A stretch of 64,000 nt of DNA. Origin: Patescibacteria group bacterium. Its GTDB lineage: Bacteria > Patescibacteriota > Patescibacteriia > Patescibacteriales > UBA12465. Each line of letters begins with the position of its first letter. Position 1 is the stretch's first letter. Location of the stretch: contig JBAZTY010000001.1 in the NCBI GenBank assembly GCA_041661685.1, positions 320,691-384,690 of the forward strand. The letters are read 5' to 3'. Both the position numbers and the translations under genes were made by a program. Under the pieces are notes generated by a model. The model was not told the origin of the DNA. It ran no database searches and saw nothing but the letters and a program-made list of their open reading frames with translations. Of the stretch, positions 35,191 to 43,538 are shown piece after piece.

Positions 35191-36042
35191 TTAATTAGGC
35201 CGGATATGGGCCTGCATCTTTTCTAAAGAGGGCGCTAGATTACGCAAGTTATCTTGCAATTCAGGATTAAGGCTATTGTCGTCTTCATATTCTCCGGCCT
35301 GACTGAGCAAAGAATTGACGAGCTTATCATATATAGCCATTTCCGCCGCCGATAAGCCAGGACGGCCAGCGGCTAATGATTCTAAGAGGCTATTCAATTC
35401 CGGCTTGCTCAGGCTGAAACAGAAGATCGGAATATGGCGCAAGCTTTTTCTCTCCAGGCGGCCGCCATTCATAGCGACGCCATATTTTATCTTAGCGCCG
35501 CCGCCCCTCATCTTATCGTCCATTTTTTTCTTTTTCTTCTCCGCGCCGTCGTCGCCGTTATGGCCGATAACGTCATCAAGGCCGCAAATAACCGCTCCGG
35601 TCCGTTTATCGATTATCAATTGATCAGCGCCGTTCTCATAATCATCATGGACGGAAGCGCGCATGATTATAAAATCATCTCCCAGAACTTTATCGAACAA
35701 TAGGGTCGTAGCGGCCTCGGCAATATTAGCCGGGTTCTTTTCTCTGGCGGCCGCCATCGCTTCGACGCTCTTTCCAGATTCTATCGCCCAAGCGTTTTCC
35801 TTGGCGGCAATCAGATCATAATCAGACGCCCCTTCGGCTCCCGCCATCTTTACTTGGCCGTTCAATTCAAAAAAATCTCCATGTTCAGCATTCAGGCGTC
35901 CAGCCAGATTTTCTAAACAGATTTTCAAAGCCGGAACATAAGTTTCCGGCGCAGGGACCTTATCAAACTTATTCGTATCTTTTCCAAAACGGCTCAGATC
36001 TATTTTTCCTACTATTTTTATATTCGGCGTTTCCATGCTCAT
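35191..36042 (-). CDS. Hypothetical protein
   Basis: 283-aa ORF, 6 nt from cysS. Acidic, with an internal Lys/Gly-rich patch (GAEKKKKKMDDKMRGGGAKIKYG). No family recognised. Confidence 0.65.
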   Translation of the reverse strand: MSMETPNIKIVGKIDLSRFGKDTNKFDKVPAPETYVPALKICLENLAGRLNAEHGDFFELNGQVKMAGAEGASDYDLIAAKENAWAIESGKSVEAMAAAREKNPANIAEAATTLLFDKVLGDDFIIMRASVHDDYENGADQLIIDKRTGAVICGLDDVIGHNGDDGAEKKKKKMDDKMRGGGAKIKYGVAMNGGRLERKSLRHIPIFCFSLSKPELNSLLESLAAGRPGLSAAEMAIYDKLVNSLLSQAGEYEDDNSLNPELQDNLRNLAPSLEKMQAHIRPN

Positions 36043-36049
36043 AATTTTA

Positions 36050-36226
36050 TTATTGTTCTAATTCGTGAAAACGATTCTTATACTTAGGCTCTTTCTTCTT
36101 CTTGCTTGATTGCACTTGTCCTCGGAGAGGAATCTCCTTGCTCGCTTCCCAGGCAGAACGCCCAAAACCGCGAATGACGGTTTTTTCTAAATCAGCCGGT
36201 TTTATTTTTATAATCTGCTTGGCCAT
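36050..36226 (-). CDS. Possible small basic protein (58 aa), below the ORF-track cutoff
   Basis: Hand translation gives MAKQIIKIKPADLEKTVIRGFGRSAWEASKEIPLRGQVQSSKKKKEPKYKNRFHELEQ*. The stop is 7 nt before the start of 35191..36042, and the start is 10 nt after the nitroreductase stop, so it exactly fills an otherwise empty gap. Confidence 0.35.
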   Translation of the reverse strand: MAKQIIKIKPADLEKTVIRGFGRSAWEASKEIPLRGQVQSSKKKKEPKYKNRFHELEQ

Positions 36227-36236
36227 ATAACAGTCT

Positions 36237-36824
36237 CTACCATTTGAATTCTCCTTCGCTGATTATTTCTTGAACTTTTTTCCTATCTGACGGAAACTCT
36301 ATTTTCTGAAAATCTTCAGGCAGATCATCCTTCTTGCCCAGGTGGCCTAGGGCGACGACGACTTCCGGCTGATAGTCTTCAGGAATCTTAAAATTAGCGC
36401 GCGCCGCATCAAAATCAAAACCGCTCATAGCGTGCGCGACTAGCCCCCTGGCGGAAGCTTCGAGAGCTAAGCTCTGCCAGGCTGCTCCACAATCGAAACT
36501 AGCGGTCGGATTCGGGCGGTCATTATATTCAAAATTATTGCGGCTAATAACTAAGACTAGGGCGGCTGCTTTAGCGGTCCAAATCTTATTGCCGTTAGCT
36601 AGGGTAGAAAAAATCTTATCCCAAGACGGCGTTCCGTTTTTAACATAAATAAAGCGCCAGGGCTGGCTATTAAAGGCTGATGGCGCCCACTTAGCAGCTT
36701 CGAACAAGGACAGCAGCTCTTCATCGCCCATCTTCTCACCGCTTAAAGCGCGCGGCGACCAGCGATTAAGGATAAGAGGGGTAATAGGCAGTTCGCTCTT
36801 CCGAATGCTCTTTTCGCTAGACAT
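36237..36824 (-). CDS. Nitroreductase family protein
   Basis: 195 aa. LNRWSPRAL, APSAFNSQPWRFIYV and the C-terminal AVVVALGH pattern of FMN nitroreductases. Confidence 0.88.
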   Translation of the reverse strand: MSSEKSIRKSELPITPLILNRWSPRALSGEKMGDEELLSLFEAAKWAPSAFNSQPWRFIYVKNGTPSWDKIFSTLANGNKIWTAKAAALVLVISRNNFEYNDRPNPTASFDCGAAWQSLALEASARGLVAHAMSGFDFDAARANFKIPEDYQPEVVVALGHLGKKDDLPEDFQKIEFPSDRKKVQEIISEGEFKW

Positions 36825-36910
36825 ATGATTATAGCTTATTTACATAACTATATTAGCATATTTTAAAGAAAAAAGCACTTATAAAAGCGCTTCTTAAAGG
36901 GGTCTACCGG

Positions 36911-36984
36911 TGGTCGCTAGTGGATTCGAACCACTGACCCCTGCAATGTGAATGCAGTGCTCTAACCAGCTGAGCTAAGCGACC
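36911..36984 (-). tRNA. tRNA-Val (anticodon CAC)
   Basis: Minus strand GGTCGCTTAGCTCAGCTGGTTAGAGCACTGCATTCACATTGCAGGGGTCAGTGGTTCGAATCCACTAGCGACCA. It folds with a 7-bp acceptor, a GCTC/GAGC D-stem, a CTGCA/TGCAG anticodon stem with loop TTCACAT, and an AGTGG/CCACT T-stem with TTCGAAT. CCA is not encoded. Confidence 0.93.
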
Positions 36985-37000
36985 TCGATATCTTATTATG

Positions 37001-37084
37001 TGCCCGGAGGGGGATTTGAACCCCCATGGGATTGCTCCCACAGCGTTCTGAACACTGCGTGTCTACCAATTTCACCATCCGGGC
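37001..37084 (-). tRNA. tRNA-Leu (anticodon CAG), class II with long variable arm
   Basis: Minus strand GCCCGGATGGTGAAATTGGTAGACACGCAGTGTTCAGAACGCTGTGGGAGCAATCCCATGGGGGTTCAAATCCCCCTCCGGGCA. It folds with a GCCCGGA/TCCGGGC acceptor, anticodon loop TTCAGAA, variable stem TGGGA/TCCCA, and T-stem GGGGG/CCCCC. Confidence 0.93.
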
Positions 37085-37136
37085 AGAATATTTACTTATA
37101 CAGCTTGCCATAGAGTTTTAAGTTTGTAAACTAGTC

Positions 37137-37165
37137 TTGACATTTTCTAATAAAAGTTTTAATAT
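37137..37165 (+). promoter_or_regulatory. Sigma-70-type promoter for 37214..38188
   Basis: TTGACA (37137..37142), a 17-nt spacer, then TAATAT (37160..37165). About 48 nt upstream of the ATG. Confidence 0.6.
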
Positions 37166-37213
37166 TAGAAGAATTCATTGTAACTTAACATTAAAAAACC
37201 AAAAACGAACCTA

Positions 37214-38188
37214 ATGGGAAAAATAGATTTTAGCGATCCTGAAAATAGGATCTTGGTTATCGCGCCGAATATCAACGACGGCGTTATTGCCGCCGCTCTC
37301 ATGACCAATATTATTGATCGGACAGATATTTCCGTCGCCTTCATTAATAAAAACGGTCTCGACGAGCTGAAAGTTAGGCGCAACATCAGGAAAATATATC
37401 TGCTAGGCATCGGCCTGCAGAATTGCTCTAATTCCAGCCTGATAAAATTTCTTAAAGGCCATCATGACAAGATTTATTTCTGGATCAATAATTGCGCCAA
37501 TTACAACAACCAGCTGGCTGAAGCTATCAGCGAATGCCCGAATCTCATGGGTATAACTTTCGGAAATAATCCTTGCTTATCCCGATTCTTGTTGGACACC
37601 CAAAGAATATCCAAGGTCCGGAAAGATTGGCTGATAACTATGGATGCTTTAGCTAATTACAAAAAGACCTATCCTAATGCTAGAGCTCTCCGTTTCCAAA
37701 AAGCCACTTACGCGGCCGAAGTCATAGCTCAATATAACAACAATCATGATCTGACCGCCGAGACTAGAACGCATCTGCTTGATGAACTATTATCGGATTC
37801 CACCAGCGAAAAGCTGGATGGAATGATAAAGCTGCATCAAAAAATAAAAGAGGAGAACAAAAACATTATTGATAATCTAGCCGAACGCGTGCTTAGATTA
37901 ACTCCAACCTGTGGTTTAATCATCCAGGACAAGCGCATCTTTGACCGCAATAAAATCTTCGGAGAATTATTAGCCGACTTCAATCCGGCTATAATCCAAT
38001 ATCAAGATAACAAAGAAAATCAAATCACAGAAATAATGGCCATAAAACATCTAAAGAAAAAACATGACCACATTGCCGAAGCCCTGAAAGATGCGAACTA
38101 TAAAGTCTGCATCGATAAGTCCAAGATTGTCGTTAAAGGAGACTGGAAACATATTCGCAACATCATCGTTTCCGAGCTCAGCTTATAG
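37214..38188 (+). CDS. Hypothetical protein
   Basis: 324-aa ORF with its own promoter and a terminator-like hairpin. No secure family. It bears faint DHH-like remnants (ILVIAPNINDGVIAAAL, LKGHHDKIYF) that are not convincing. Confidence 0.65.
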   Translation: MGKIDFSDPENRILVIAPNINDGVIAAALMTNIIDRTDISVAFINKNGLDELKVRRNIRKIYLLGIGLQNCSNSSLIKFLKGHHDKIYFWINNCANYNNQLAEAISECPNLMGITFGNNPCLSRFLLDTQRISKVRKDWLITMDALANYKKTYPNARALRFQKATYAAEVIAQYNNNHDLTAETRTHLLDELLSDSTSEKLDGMIKLHQKIKEENKNIIDNLAERVLRLTPTCGLIIQDKRIFDRNKIFGELLADFNPAIIQYQDNKENQITEIMAIKHLKKKHDHIAEALKDANYKVCIDKSKIVVKGDWKHIRNIIVSELSL

Positions 38189-38198
38189 CCCGCCACTC

Positions 38199-38246
38199 AA
38201 CCGGGAAAATATTCGCCTCCCAGCGTCTATTTCCCGGTTTTTTATT
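38199..38246 (+). terminator. Candidate terminator after 37214..38188
   Basis: AACCGGGAAA ... TTTCCCGGTT 10-bp stem followed by TTTTTATTTG. The 20-nt loop lowers confidence. Confidence 0.45.
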
Positions 38247-38269
38247 TGTGCTTGATTTTCTAAGCGATA

Positions 38270-38278
38270 TGCTATAAT
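38270..38278 (+). promoter_or_regulatory. Extended -10 promoter element for rnhB
   Basis: TGcTATAAT (TG at 38270..38271, TATAAT at 38273..38278), 15 nt upstream of the rnhB ATG. The -35 is weak (TTGATT with a 15-nt spacer). Confidence 0.5.
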
Positions 38279-38293
38279 AAAACTAATAAAAAT

Positions 38294-38938
38294 ATGCTTG
38301 ATTTAAGCACGGAAAAATCTTATTTTAATAAAGGCTACCGGCTCATCGGCGGAGTGGATGAGGCTGGGCGCGGCCCTTTGGCTGGTCCAGTCGTGGCCGC
38401 CTGCGTTGTTGTCGGTCCGGATTTTAAAATCGACAGCCCTGATTTAGAATTGATAGCCGATTCTAAGAAGCTGACGGCAAAGAAACGTGAATATCTTTTT
38501 CACATCATTAAAGAGAGGGCTCTAGCCGTCGAGATTGGCGTCGTCAATAACGAAACTATCGACAAGATAAATATCTTACAAGCTTCCTTTCTAGCCATGC
38601 GGCGAGCAATTAAAAAATTGCCGCTTGAACCAGATTATATAATCACCGACGGCAGCTTTAAGATTCCGAAATTAAAAACAGCGCAAAGCGCTATTGTCCG
38701 AGGAGACGCGACGGTTTGGACAATCGCCGCCGCCTCCATCATCGCTAAAGTAAGCCGCGACTGGATGATGACGGAAATCGATAAGCAGTATCCCGAATAT
38801 CTATTCGCTAAACATAAGGGCTACGGCACCAAGGACCATATGGACTTATTAAAAAAACATGGCCCCTGTCCCCTGCACCGCTTCAGCTTCGCGCCGGTCA
38901 AGGAAGCAGCTAAATCTGGAGAGGCAGCTAAAAAATAA
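38294..38938 (+). CDS. rnhB: Ribonuclease HII
   Basis: 214 aa. GVDEAGRGPLAGPVVAA (catalytic DE), DSKKLT, and ITDGS..., AASIIAKVSRD typical of RNase HII. Confidence 0.93.
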   Translation: MLDLSTEKSYFNKGYRLIGGVDEAGRGPLAGPVVAACVVVGPDFKIDSPDLELIADSKKLTAKKREYLFHIIKERALAVEIGVVNNETIDKINILQASFLAMRRAIKKLPLEPDYIITDGSFKIPKLKTAQSAIVRGDATVWTIAAASIIAKVSRDWMMTEIDKQYPEYLFAKHKGYGTKDHMDLLKKHGPCPLHRFSFAPVKEAAKSGEAAKK

Positions 38939-38954
38939 TATTTAACGCTAACCT

Positions 38955-38985
38955 AAAAACAGCTATCCTTCGGACAGCTGTTTTT
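38955..38985. terminator. Bidirectional terminator between rnhB and hisS
   Basis: AAAAACAGCT-atccttcggac-AGCTGTTTTT. A 10-bp stem with extra inner pairs and A/T runs on both sides, between convergent genes. Confidence 0.8.
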
Positions 38986-39008
38986 AAATCTAAAAATACA
39001 AAAATTTC

Positions 39009-40307
39009 CTAAAACACAAATTCTTCCTCCGAACTATCGCCCATATTTTTGATCTTATATATTCCCTTGGCGACTTCATCCTCTCCCATAATGATGACCT
39101 GAGAAATATTCTTCTTATTGGCGAACTCTAAGGCCTTGCCGACTTTCTGCTCCTCCAGGCCGACGAGCACATTCTTGCCTTGCCCGCGCAGCTCTTTAGC
39201 CAAGCGATTAGTCGCAGCCACCAAAGATGAGCTGAGCAAAGGCAGATAATATTTTTCTGGAGCGGATGACGCAATCTCATCCGTCAGTTTCCAGCTTTCT
39301 AAGAATAATCTGATCGCCTCATCGCCCGGAGCAAAGCCGACGGCTGGAAAATTCTTCTCGCCGAAGATTTCCGCCAAGCCGTTATAGCGGCCGCCGCCGA
39401 ACATGGCACGATTATTTTCCGGACTCTTATCAAAGACTTCAAAGACCAAACCGTCATAATAATCAAAGCCGCGAATAACAGCCGGATTAAAAGCGATCAA
39501 TTCGCCATAACCGAGTTCATCAAGCGCGCTCATAGTGGCAGCTAATTCTTTGAAGCCGATATTATCATTTATCCCCGGCAAGCTATTATTTAATTCTTCG
39601 AGCGTGCGGCTAGTCATGAACTTCTCGATAACTAACTGGGCTTTCTTATCTAATCCGGATTTTTCCAAACGTTCTTTAATCGCCGCCTGATCTAGCTTGT
39701 CCCATTTATCCAGGGTCCTAACGACCGCAATCTTATTTCCAGCTGATAATTTATTAGCGCCGCTCAAATCTAAAACAGCATCTATTAATTTCCGATTATT
39801 CAAGGACAGAACGAAAGAATCTTGCGGCGGATCGAATTCTAGCATGATATCCAGAGCTAATTGCAAAATCTCAATATCAGCGGCGAGCGAATCGCTGCCG
39901 AAAATATCGCAATTCAATTGCCAGAACTCGCGATTGCGCCCGCGTTGCGGCTTCTCGTTGCGCATGAAGTTCGCGATTGAAAAATATTTCAGCGGCTTAG
40001 GGCTGGAGGCATAGACTTTCGTAACTAGACGCGTCACTGACGGCGTCATTTCCGGACGAATGGATAATTCCCGGCCTCCGAGATCTTGAAAAGTCACTAG
40101 TTCTTTCCCGCCGATATCTTCACCGGATTTCGCGCGATAAATTTCCGCGCTCTCGACTAGCGGCGTCAGGTATTCTTCAAAACCATAGCGCAAACAGACG
40201 CGGCGCCAAGTATCGAAGATATATTTCCGTATCAGAAACTCCTCCGGCAGCCAATCCCGGGTGCCTTTAGGTTCTTGGTTTGATAATTTTTGGCTCATAT
40301 AAATCAT
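39009..40307 (-). CDS. hisS: Histidine--tRNA ligase
   Basis: 432 aa. KGTRDWLP, class-II motifs (ELSIRPEMT, FWQLNCDIFG, GGGRYNGL) and a C-terminal anticodon-binding domain. The start could instead be the second ATG (40298). Confidence 0.95.
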   Translation of the reverse strand: MIYMSQKLSNQEPKGTRDWLPEEFLIRKYIFDTWRRVCLRYGFEEYLTPLVESAEIYRAKSGEDIGGKELVTFQDLGGRELSIRPEMTPSVTRLVTKVYASSPKPLKYFSIANFMRNEKPQRGRNREFWQLNCDIFGSDSLAADIEILQLALDIMLEFDPPQDSFVLSLNNRKLIDAVLDLSGANKLSAGNKIAVVRTLDKWDKLDQAAIKERLEKSGLDKKAQLVIEKFMTSRTLEELNNSLPGINDNIGFKELAATMSALDELGYGELIAFNPAVIRGFDYYDGLVFEVFDKSPENNRAMFGGGRYNGLAEIFGEKNFPAVGFAPGDEAIRLFLESWKLTDEIASSAPEKYYLPLLSSSLVAATNRLAKELRGQGKNVLVGLEEQKVGKALEFANKKNISQVIIMGEDEVAKGIYKIKNMGDSSEEEFVF

Positions 40308-40458
40308 ATTAACGCCTAGGAGGAAACTCCTTGACTCATAAATATCTTACTATTTTCAGCTATTTTTAGCAACTTCATTTCTCCTTTACTAAACCTTTAA
40401 ATATCCTTAAGGCCGGCTTATCTATAATGAGGGAATAATTAACTAATAAGTAAAATCT

Positions 40459-41145
40459 ATGAAAATTCTAATCATTGATGATGAGCCGGCTATCGTCCAG
40501 TTCTTGAAAGACGGGCTGGAAGCGAATATGTATGTCATAGAAAGCGCGACCGACGGCGAACGCGGCGCTTTTCTGGGCCGGACCGGAACTTACGACCTAA
40601 TCATCCTCGACTATATGCTTCCGAAACTCAGCGGAGCCGAAGTCTTGAAAGAAATCCGCCAAGAGAACAAGCATATTCCCGTCCTGATGCTGACAGTTAA
40701 ATCGGAGCTAAGAGACAAGGACGAATTATTTCGATTAGGCGCTGACGATTATCTCACTAAGCCGTTCTTATTCGACGAGCTCCTACTTCACGTTCGAGCT
40801 CTCTTGAAAAGACCGGCTAAGGTTGAAGGAGAATTTTATAAAGTTGATAATCTGACTTTGAACACGCGGACAAAAATAATCCGCCGCGGCAGCCAGGAAA
40901 TATACCTGACGCGCCGTGAATTCGCCTTGCTCGAATACTTGATGATCAACCGCAATAAAATAGTTTCCCGCAATCAGATCCTCGAGCACGTTTGGGATTA
41001 TAATGCCGACCCTTTTTCTAATACTGTCGAAACGCATCTCGCCAGCCTGCGCCGCAAATTGAATAGCGGCCGGAACCGCAATCTCATCCATACTTTCACC
41101 GGCCGCGGCTATAAGCTCGCTTTAAATAAATTAAGCGAACGATAA
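40459..41145 (+). CDS. OmpR/PhoB-family response regulator
   Basis: 228 aa. Receiver (MKILIIDDEP, LIILDYMLP, LTVKS, KP) plus a winged-helix output (LTRREFALLEYLM...TVETHLASLRRKL...IHTFTGRGYKL). No histidine kinase gene anywhere in the window. Confidence 0.9.
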   Translation: MKILIIDDEPAIVQFLKDGLEANMYVIESATDGERGAFLGRTGTYDLIILDYMLPKLSGAEVLKEIRQENKHIPVLMLTVKSELRDKDELFRLGADDYLTKPFLFDELLLHVRALLKRPAKVEGEFYKVDNLTLNTRTKIIRRGSQEIYLTRREFALLEYLMINRNKIVSRNQILEHVWDYNADPFSNTVETHLASLRRKLNSGRNRNLIHTFTGRGYKLALNKLSER

Positions 41146-42321
41146 CTAGAATATGAACTTCTGGCCTTTTAATTTTTCGGGCAGATATTCCTGGTTAGAA
41201 TCGTCTTCGAGCGGCGTATATTTATAGTCCTGACCATAACCGATCTCTTTCATGAATTTAGTCGGCGCGTTGCGCAGATGCAGCGGCACGGGCAGATTGC
41301 CTGATTCGCGCACTTCCTGGAAAGCGCGGTTAAAGCCCATGTAGGCGGCGATGCTTTTCGGAGATTTGGCGAGATAGATGACGCAATGCGCCAGATTTAC
41401 GCCGCATTCGGGCAAGCCGGTCTTATGGCAGGCTTCATAGGTCGCGGTCGCGAGCATGAGCGCGCTGTTATTTGCCAGGCCGACGTCTTCGGAAGCGAAA
41501 CGGATCAGGCGGCGCGCGATATAGAGCGGATCTTCGCCCGCCTCAATCATGCGGACCATATAATATAAAGCCGCATCAGCATTTCCACCGCGCAGGGATT
41601 TGTGCAGCGCAGAAATAAGATTATAATGCTCTTCCCCAGTCTTATCATAAAGCAGGTTCGGCTTATTAATGATGTCTTTGATAAGCGCTGGCGTGATTTT
41701 CGCGTCTGCTTCAATAGCGCTTTCTAAAATATTCAAAGCCTTGCGAGCATCGCCGTTAGCGAACCGAGCGATGAGCGCCGCGCTCTCAGCATTTATCTTA
41801 GCTTTCAATTCTTTGGCCGCGCGAGTGATGATGAGAGCCAAATCATCGGCATTGAGCGCTTCCAGGATAATGACTTTAGAACGCGATAATAAAGCGCCGT
41901 TGACCGCGAAGCTGGGATTCTCCGTCGTCGCGCCGATGAGCACGATCGTACCGTTCTCGACTTGCGGCAAGAGCGCGTCTTGCTGCGCCTTATTCCAGCG
42001 ATGAATCTCATCAATAAATAATATCGTCTTGATATTCAGGCGCTTGCTTTCTTTCGCTCGCTCAACAATCGCCTTTAAATCTTTGACGCCGCTCGAGGTC
42101 GCGGACAATTCTATGAATTCAGCTTTGGTCTCTTTCGCAATTATAAAAGCCAGAGTCGTCTTGCCGCTCCCGGGAGGACCCCAAAAAATCAGAGACGGGA
42201 CTTTATCATGCTTGATCGCCGAATAGAGCCAGCTCTTTTCATCGATAACTTTTTCTTGACCGACGAATTCCGCTAAAGTTTTAGGCCGGAAATAAGTCGC
42301 CAAAGGAATATCTTTTATCAT
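41146..42321 (-). CDS. rarA: Replication-associated recombination protein A (MgsA/RarA AAA+ ATPase)
   Basis: 391 aa. Walker A GPPGSGKTT, Walker B LFIDEIHRWNKAQQD, GATTENPSF, and the MgsA C-terminal domain (HYNLISALHKSLRG, DPLYIARRL). Confidence 0.93.
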   Translation of the reverse strand: MIKDIPLATYFRPKTLAEFVGQEKVIDEKSWLYSAIKHDKVPSLIFWGPPGSGKTTLAFIIAKETKAEFIELSATSSGVKDLKAIVERAKESKRLNIKTILFIDEIHRWNKAQQDALLPQVENGTIVLIGATTENPSFAVNGALLSRSKVIILEALNADDLALIITRAAKELKAKINAESAALIARFANGDARKALNILESAIEADAKITPALIKDIINKPNLLYDKTGEEHYNLISALHKSLRGGNADAALYYMVRMIEAGEDPLYIARRLIRFASEDVGLANNSALMLATATYEACHKTGLPECGVNLAHCVIYLAKSPKSIAAYMGFNRAFQEVRESGNLPVPLHLRNAPTKFMKEIGYGQDYKYTPLEDDSNQEYLPEKLKGQKFIF

Positions 42322-42364
42322 AATAGTATCTCTATTCTAGCTCTTCCGAGACAAAAATTGAAGA

Positions 42365-42393
42365 TTGACAAAAAGAGCGCATAATGCCATAAT
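42365..42393 (+). promoter_or_regulatory. Sigma-70 promoter for the tandem small membrane protein genes
   Basis: TTGACA (42365..42370), a 17-nt spacer, then CATAAT (42388..42393) preceded by TGc (extended -10). Confidence 0.6.
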
Positions 42394-42450
42394 CTCTTGA
42401 TAATTGAACGTTAACAAAATCAAGTATAAACCTCTAAAAAATCTAAGGCA

Positions 42451-42924
42451 ATGAAAAAAAATCAAATCTTGTCTGACGAGACTAGAAGAATAATGAAAAA
42501 ATTATTCTGGATACTCTTGGCCATCGCGGCCATCATTTGGTCCGCTGATCTCTTGACCGGTATCGAGCATTCGCTAACCTGGAATACCAAGATCTGGTAT
42601 TTCGCCGGCGCTATAATCTATATCATCGGCGGCGGCGGAATCACTTTCGAAGCAAATGACGAAAATATCAAAGGTCCGGTACGATATTGGCTGAATGGAT
42701 TATGGTTCATCAATATTGCATTCATCTTCATATCCATCGCCGGGCTGATCATCAATTTTTTCTTTACGCTGTTCCATTGGTTCGGCTTCTTCGCCCTCCT
42801 GCCTCTCTCAATCCAGACTATTCTCGGCTGGCCGTCGATAATCACGGTGATAATCTTGATTATTTTGACAATCGGATTCTCCTGCATTAAAGAGGATATC
42901 CTGCCGATAGAAGATCGCCAATAA
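42451..42924 (+). CDS. Hypothetical small polytopic membrane protein (paralog A)
   Basis: 157 aa with about 4 TM helices. Ends with ...FHWFGFFALLPLSIQTILGWPSIITVIILIILTIGF. Confidence 0.6.
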   Translation: MKKNQILSDETRRIMKKLFWILLAIAAIIWSADLLTGIEHSLTWNTKIWYFAGAIIYIIGGGGITFEANDENIKGPVRYWLNGLWFINIAFIFISIAGLIINFFFTLFHWFGFFALLPLSIQTILGWPSIITVIILIILTIGFSCIKEDILPIEDRQ

Positions 42925-42980
42925 GCTGGGGTACGAAATGTAAATCAAATGCAAATCATCAGACCTAAAAACTACCGCAC

Positions 42981-43424
42981 ATGAGACCAGTCATCAATCT
43001 AAAGCACAAGCTTGATCCGATATCGATGCGACAGCCGATTTCGCTATCAAAATTAATCTTCGAGACTACCCTAGGATTATTTGCTCTCTTCTTCCTGGCC
43101 TATTGGCTGGACGATACTATGAACATTAATAGCCGCGAAAAGATTATAATCTGGTTCTTCTACGGAGTGTCCGCCTATTTAATAATCGGCGCTATCCTGA
43201 TATTCAGCAAGAGGGACTTCGAAATCTTCGAATATGTCTTGACCACGAATGTCATCATCGTCATAGTCTTGCTAGCCGGATATATCACTAACCTATTCAC
43301 GATCTTCTCTTGGCAGTTCTCAGCCATTTTCGGCTGGCCCGCCATCGCCTCTTTCGGCATCTTGATGATCATGACTTTGGTCGAAACGATCTTTTATTTC
43401 TTTGCCTTCAGATTCGTGCCCTAA
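42981..43424 (+). CDS. Hypothetical small polytopic membrane protein (paralog B)
   Basis: 147 aa with about 4 TM helices. Colinear weak similarity to the preceding ORF (IIWFFYGVSAYLIIG vs KIWYFAGAIIYIIGG; LAGYITNLFTIFSW...IFGWPAI vs IAGLIINFFFTLFHW...ILGWPSI). Confidence 0.6.
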   Translation: MRPVINLKHKLDPISMRQPISLSKLIFETTLGLFALFFLAYWLDDTMNINSREKIIIWFFYGVSAYLIIGAILIFSKRDFEIFEYVLTTNVIIVIVLLAGYITNLFTIFSWQFSAIFGWPAIASFGILMIMTLVETIFYFFAFRFVP

Positions 43425-43454
43425 GAGGACAAAACAAGAACTTTAAACAAACGT

Positions 43455-43487
43455 AAAAAAAGCCCTGGAATATCATCAGGGTTTTTT
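43455..43487. terminator. Bidirectional terminator between 42981..43424 (+) and the ZIP transporter gene (-)
   Basis: AAAAAAGCCCTG-gaatatcat-CAGGGTTTTTT. Confidence 0.75.
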
Positions 43488-43538
43488 AATATACAAAAAT
43501 AAAATTAATTGGATGGTTGATAAGCTAGAGTTGATTTT

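Noticed and set aside
37165-37410. 81-aa minus-strand ORF overlapping the promoter and 5' end of the 37214 gene
   Set aside because: It overlaps a longer plus-strand ORF that has a consensus promoter. It has no independent signals.
40308-40458. Possible T-box or other leader upstream of hisS
   Set aside because: The divergent intergenic region is only about 150 nt. It shows no specifier/terminator-antiterminator architecture.
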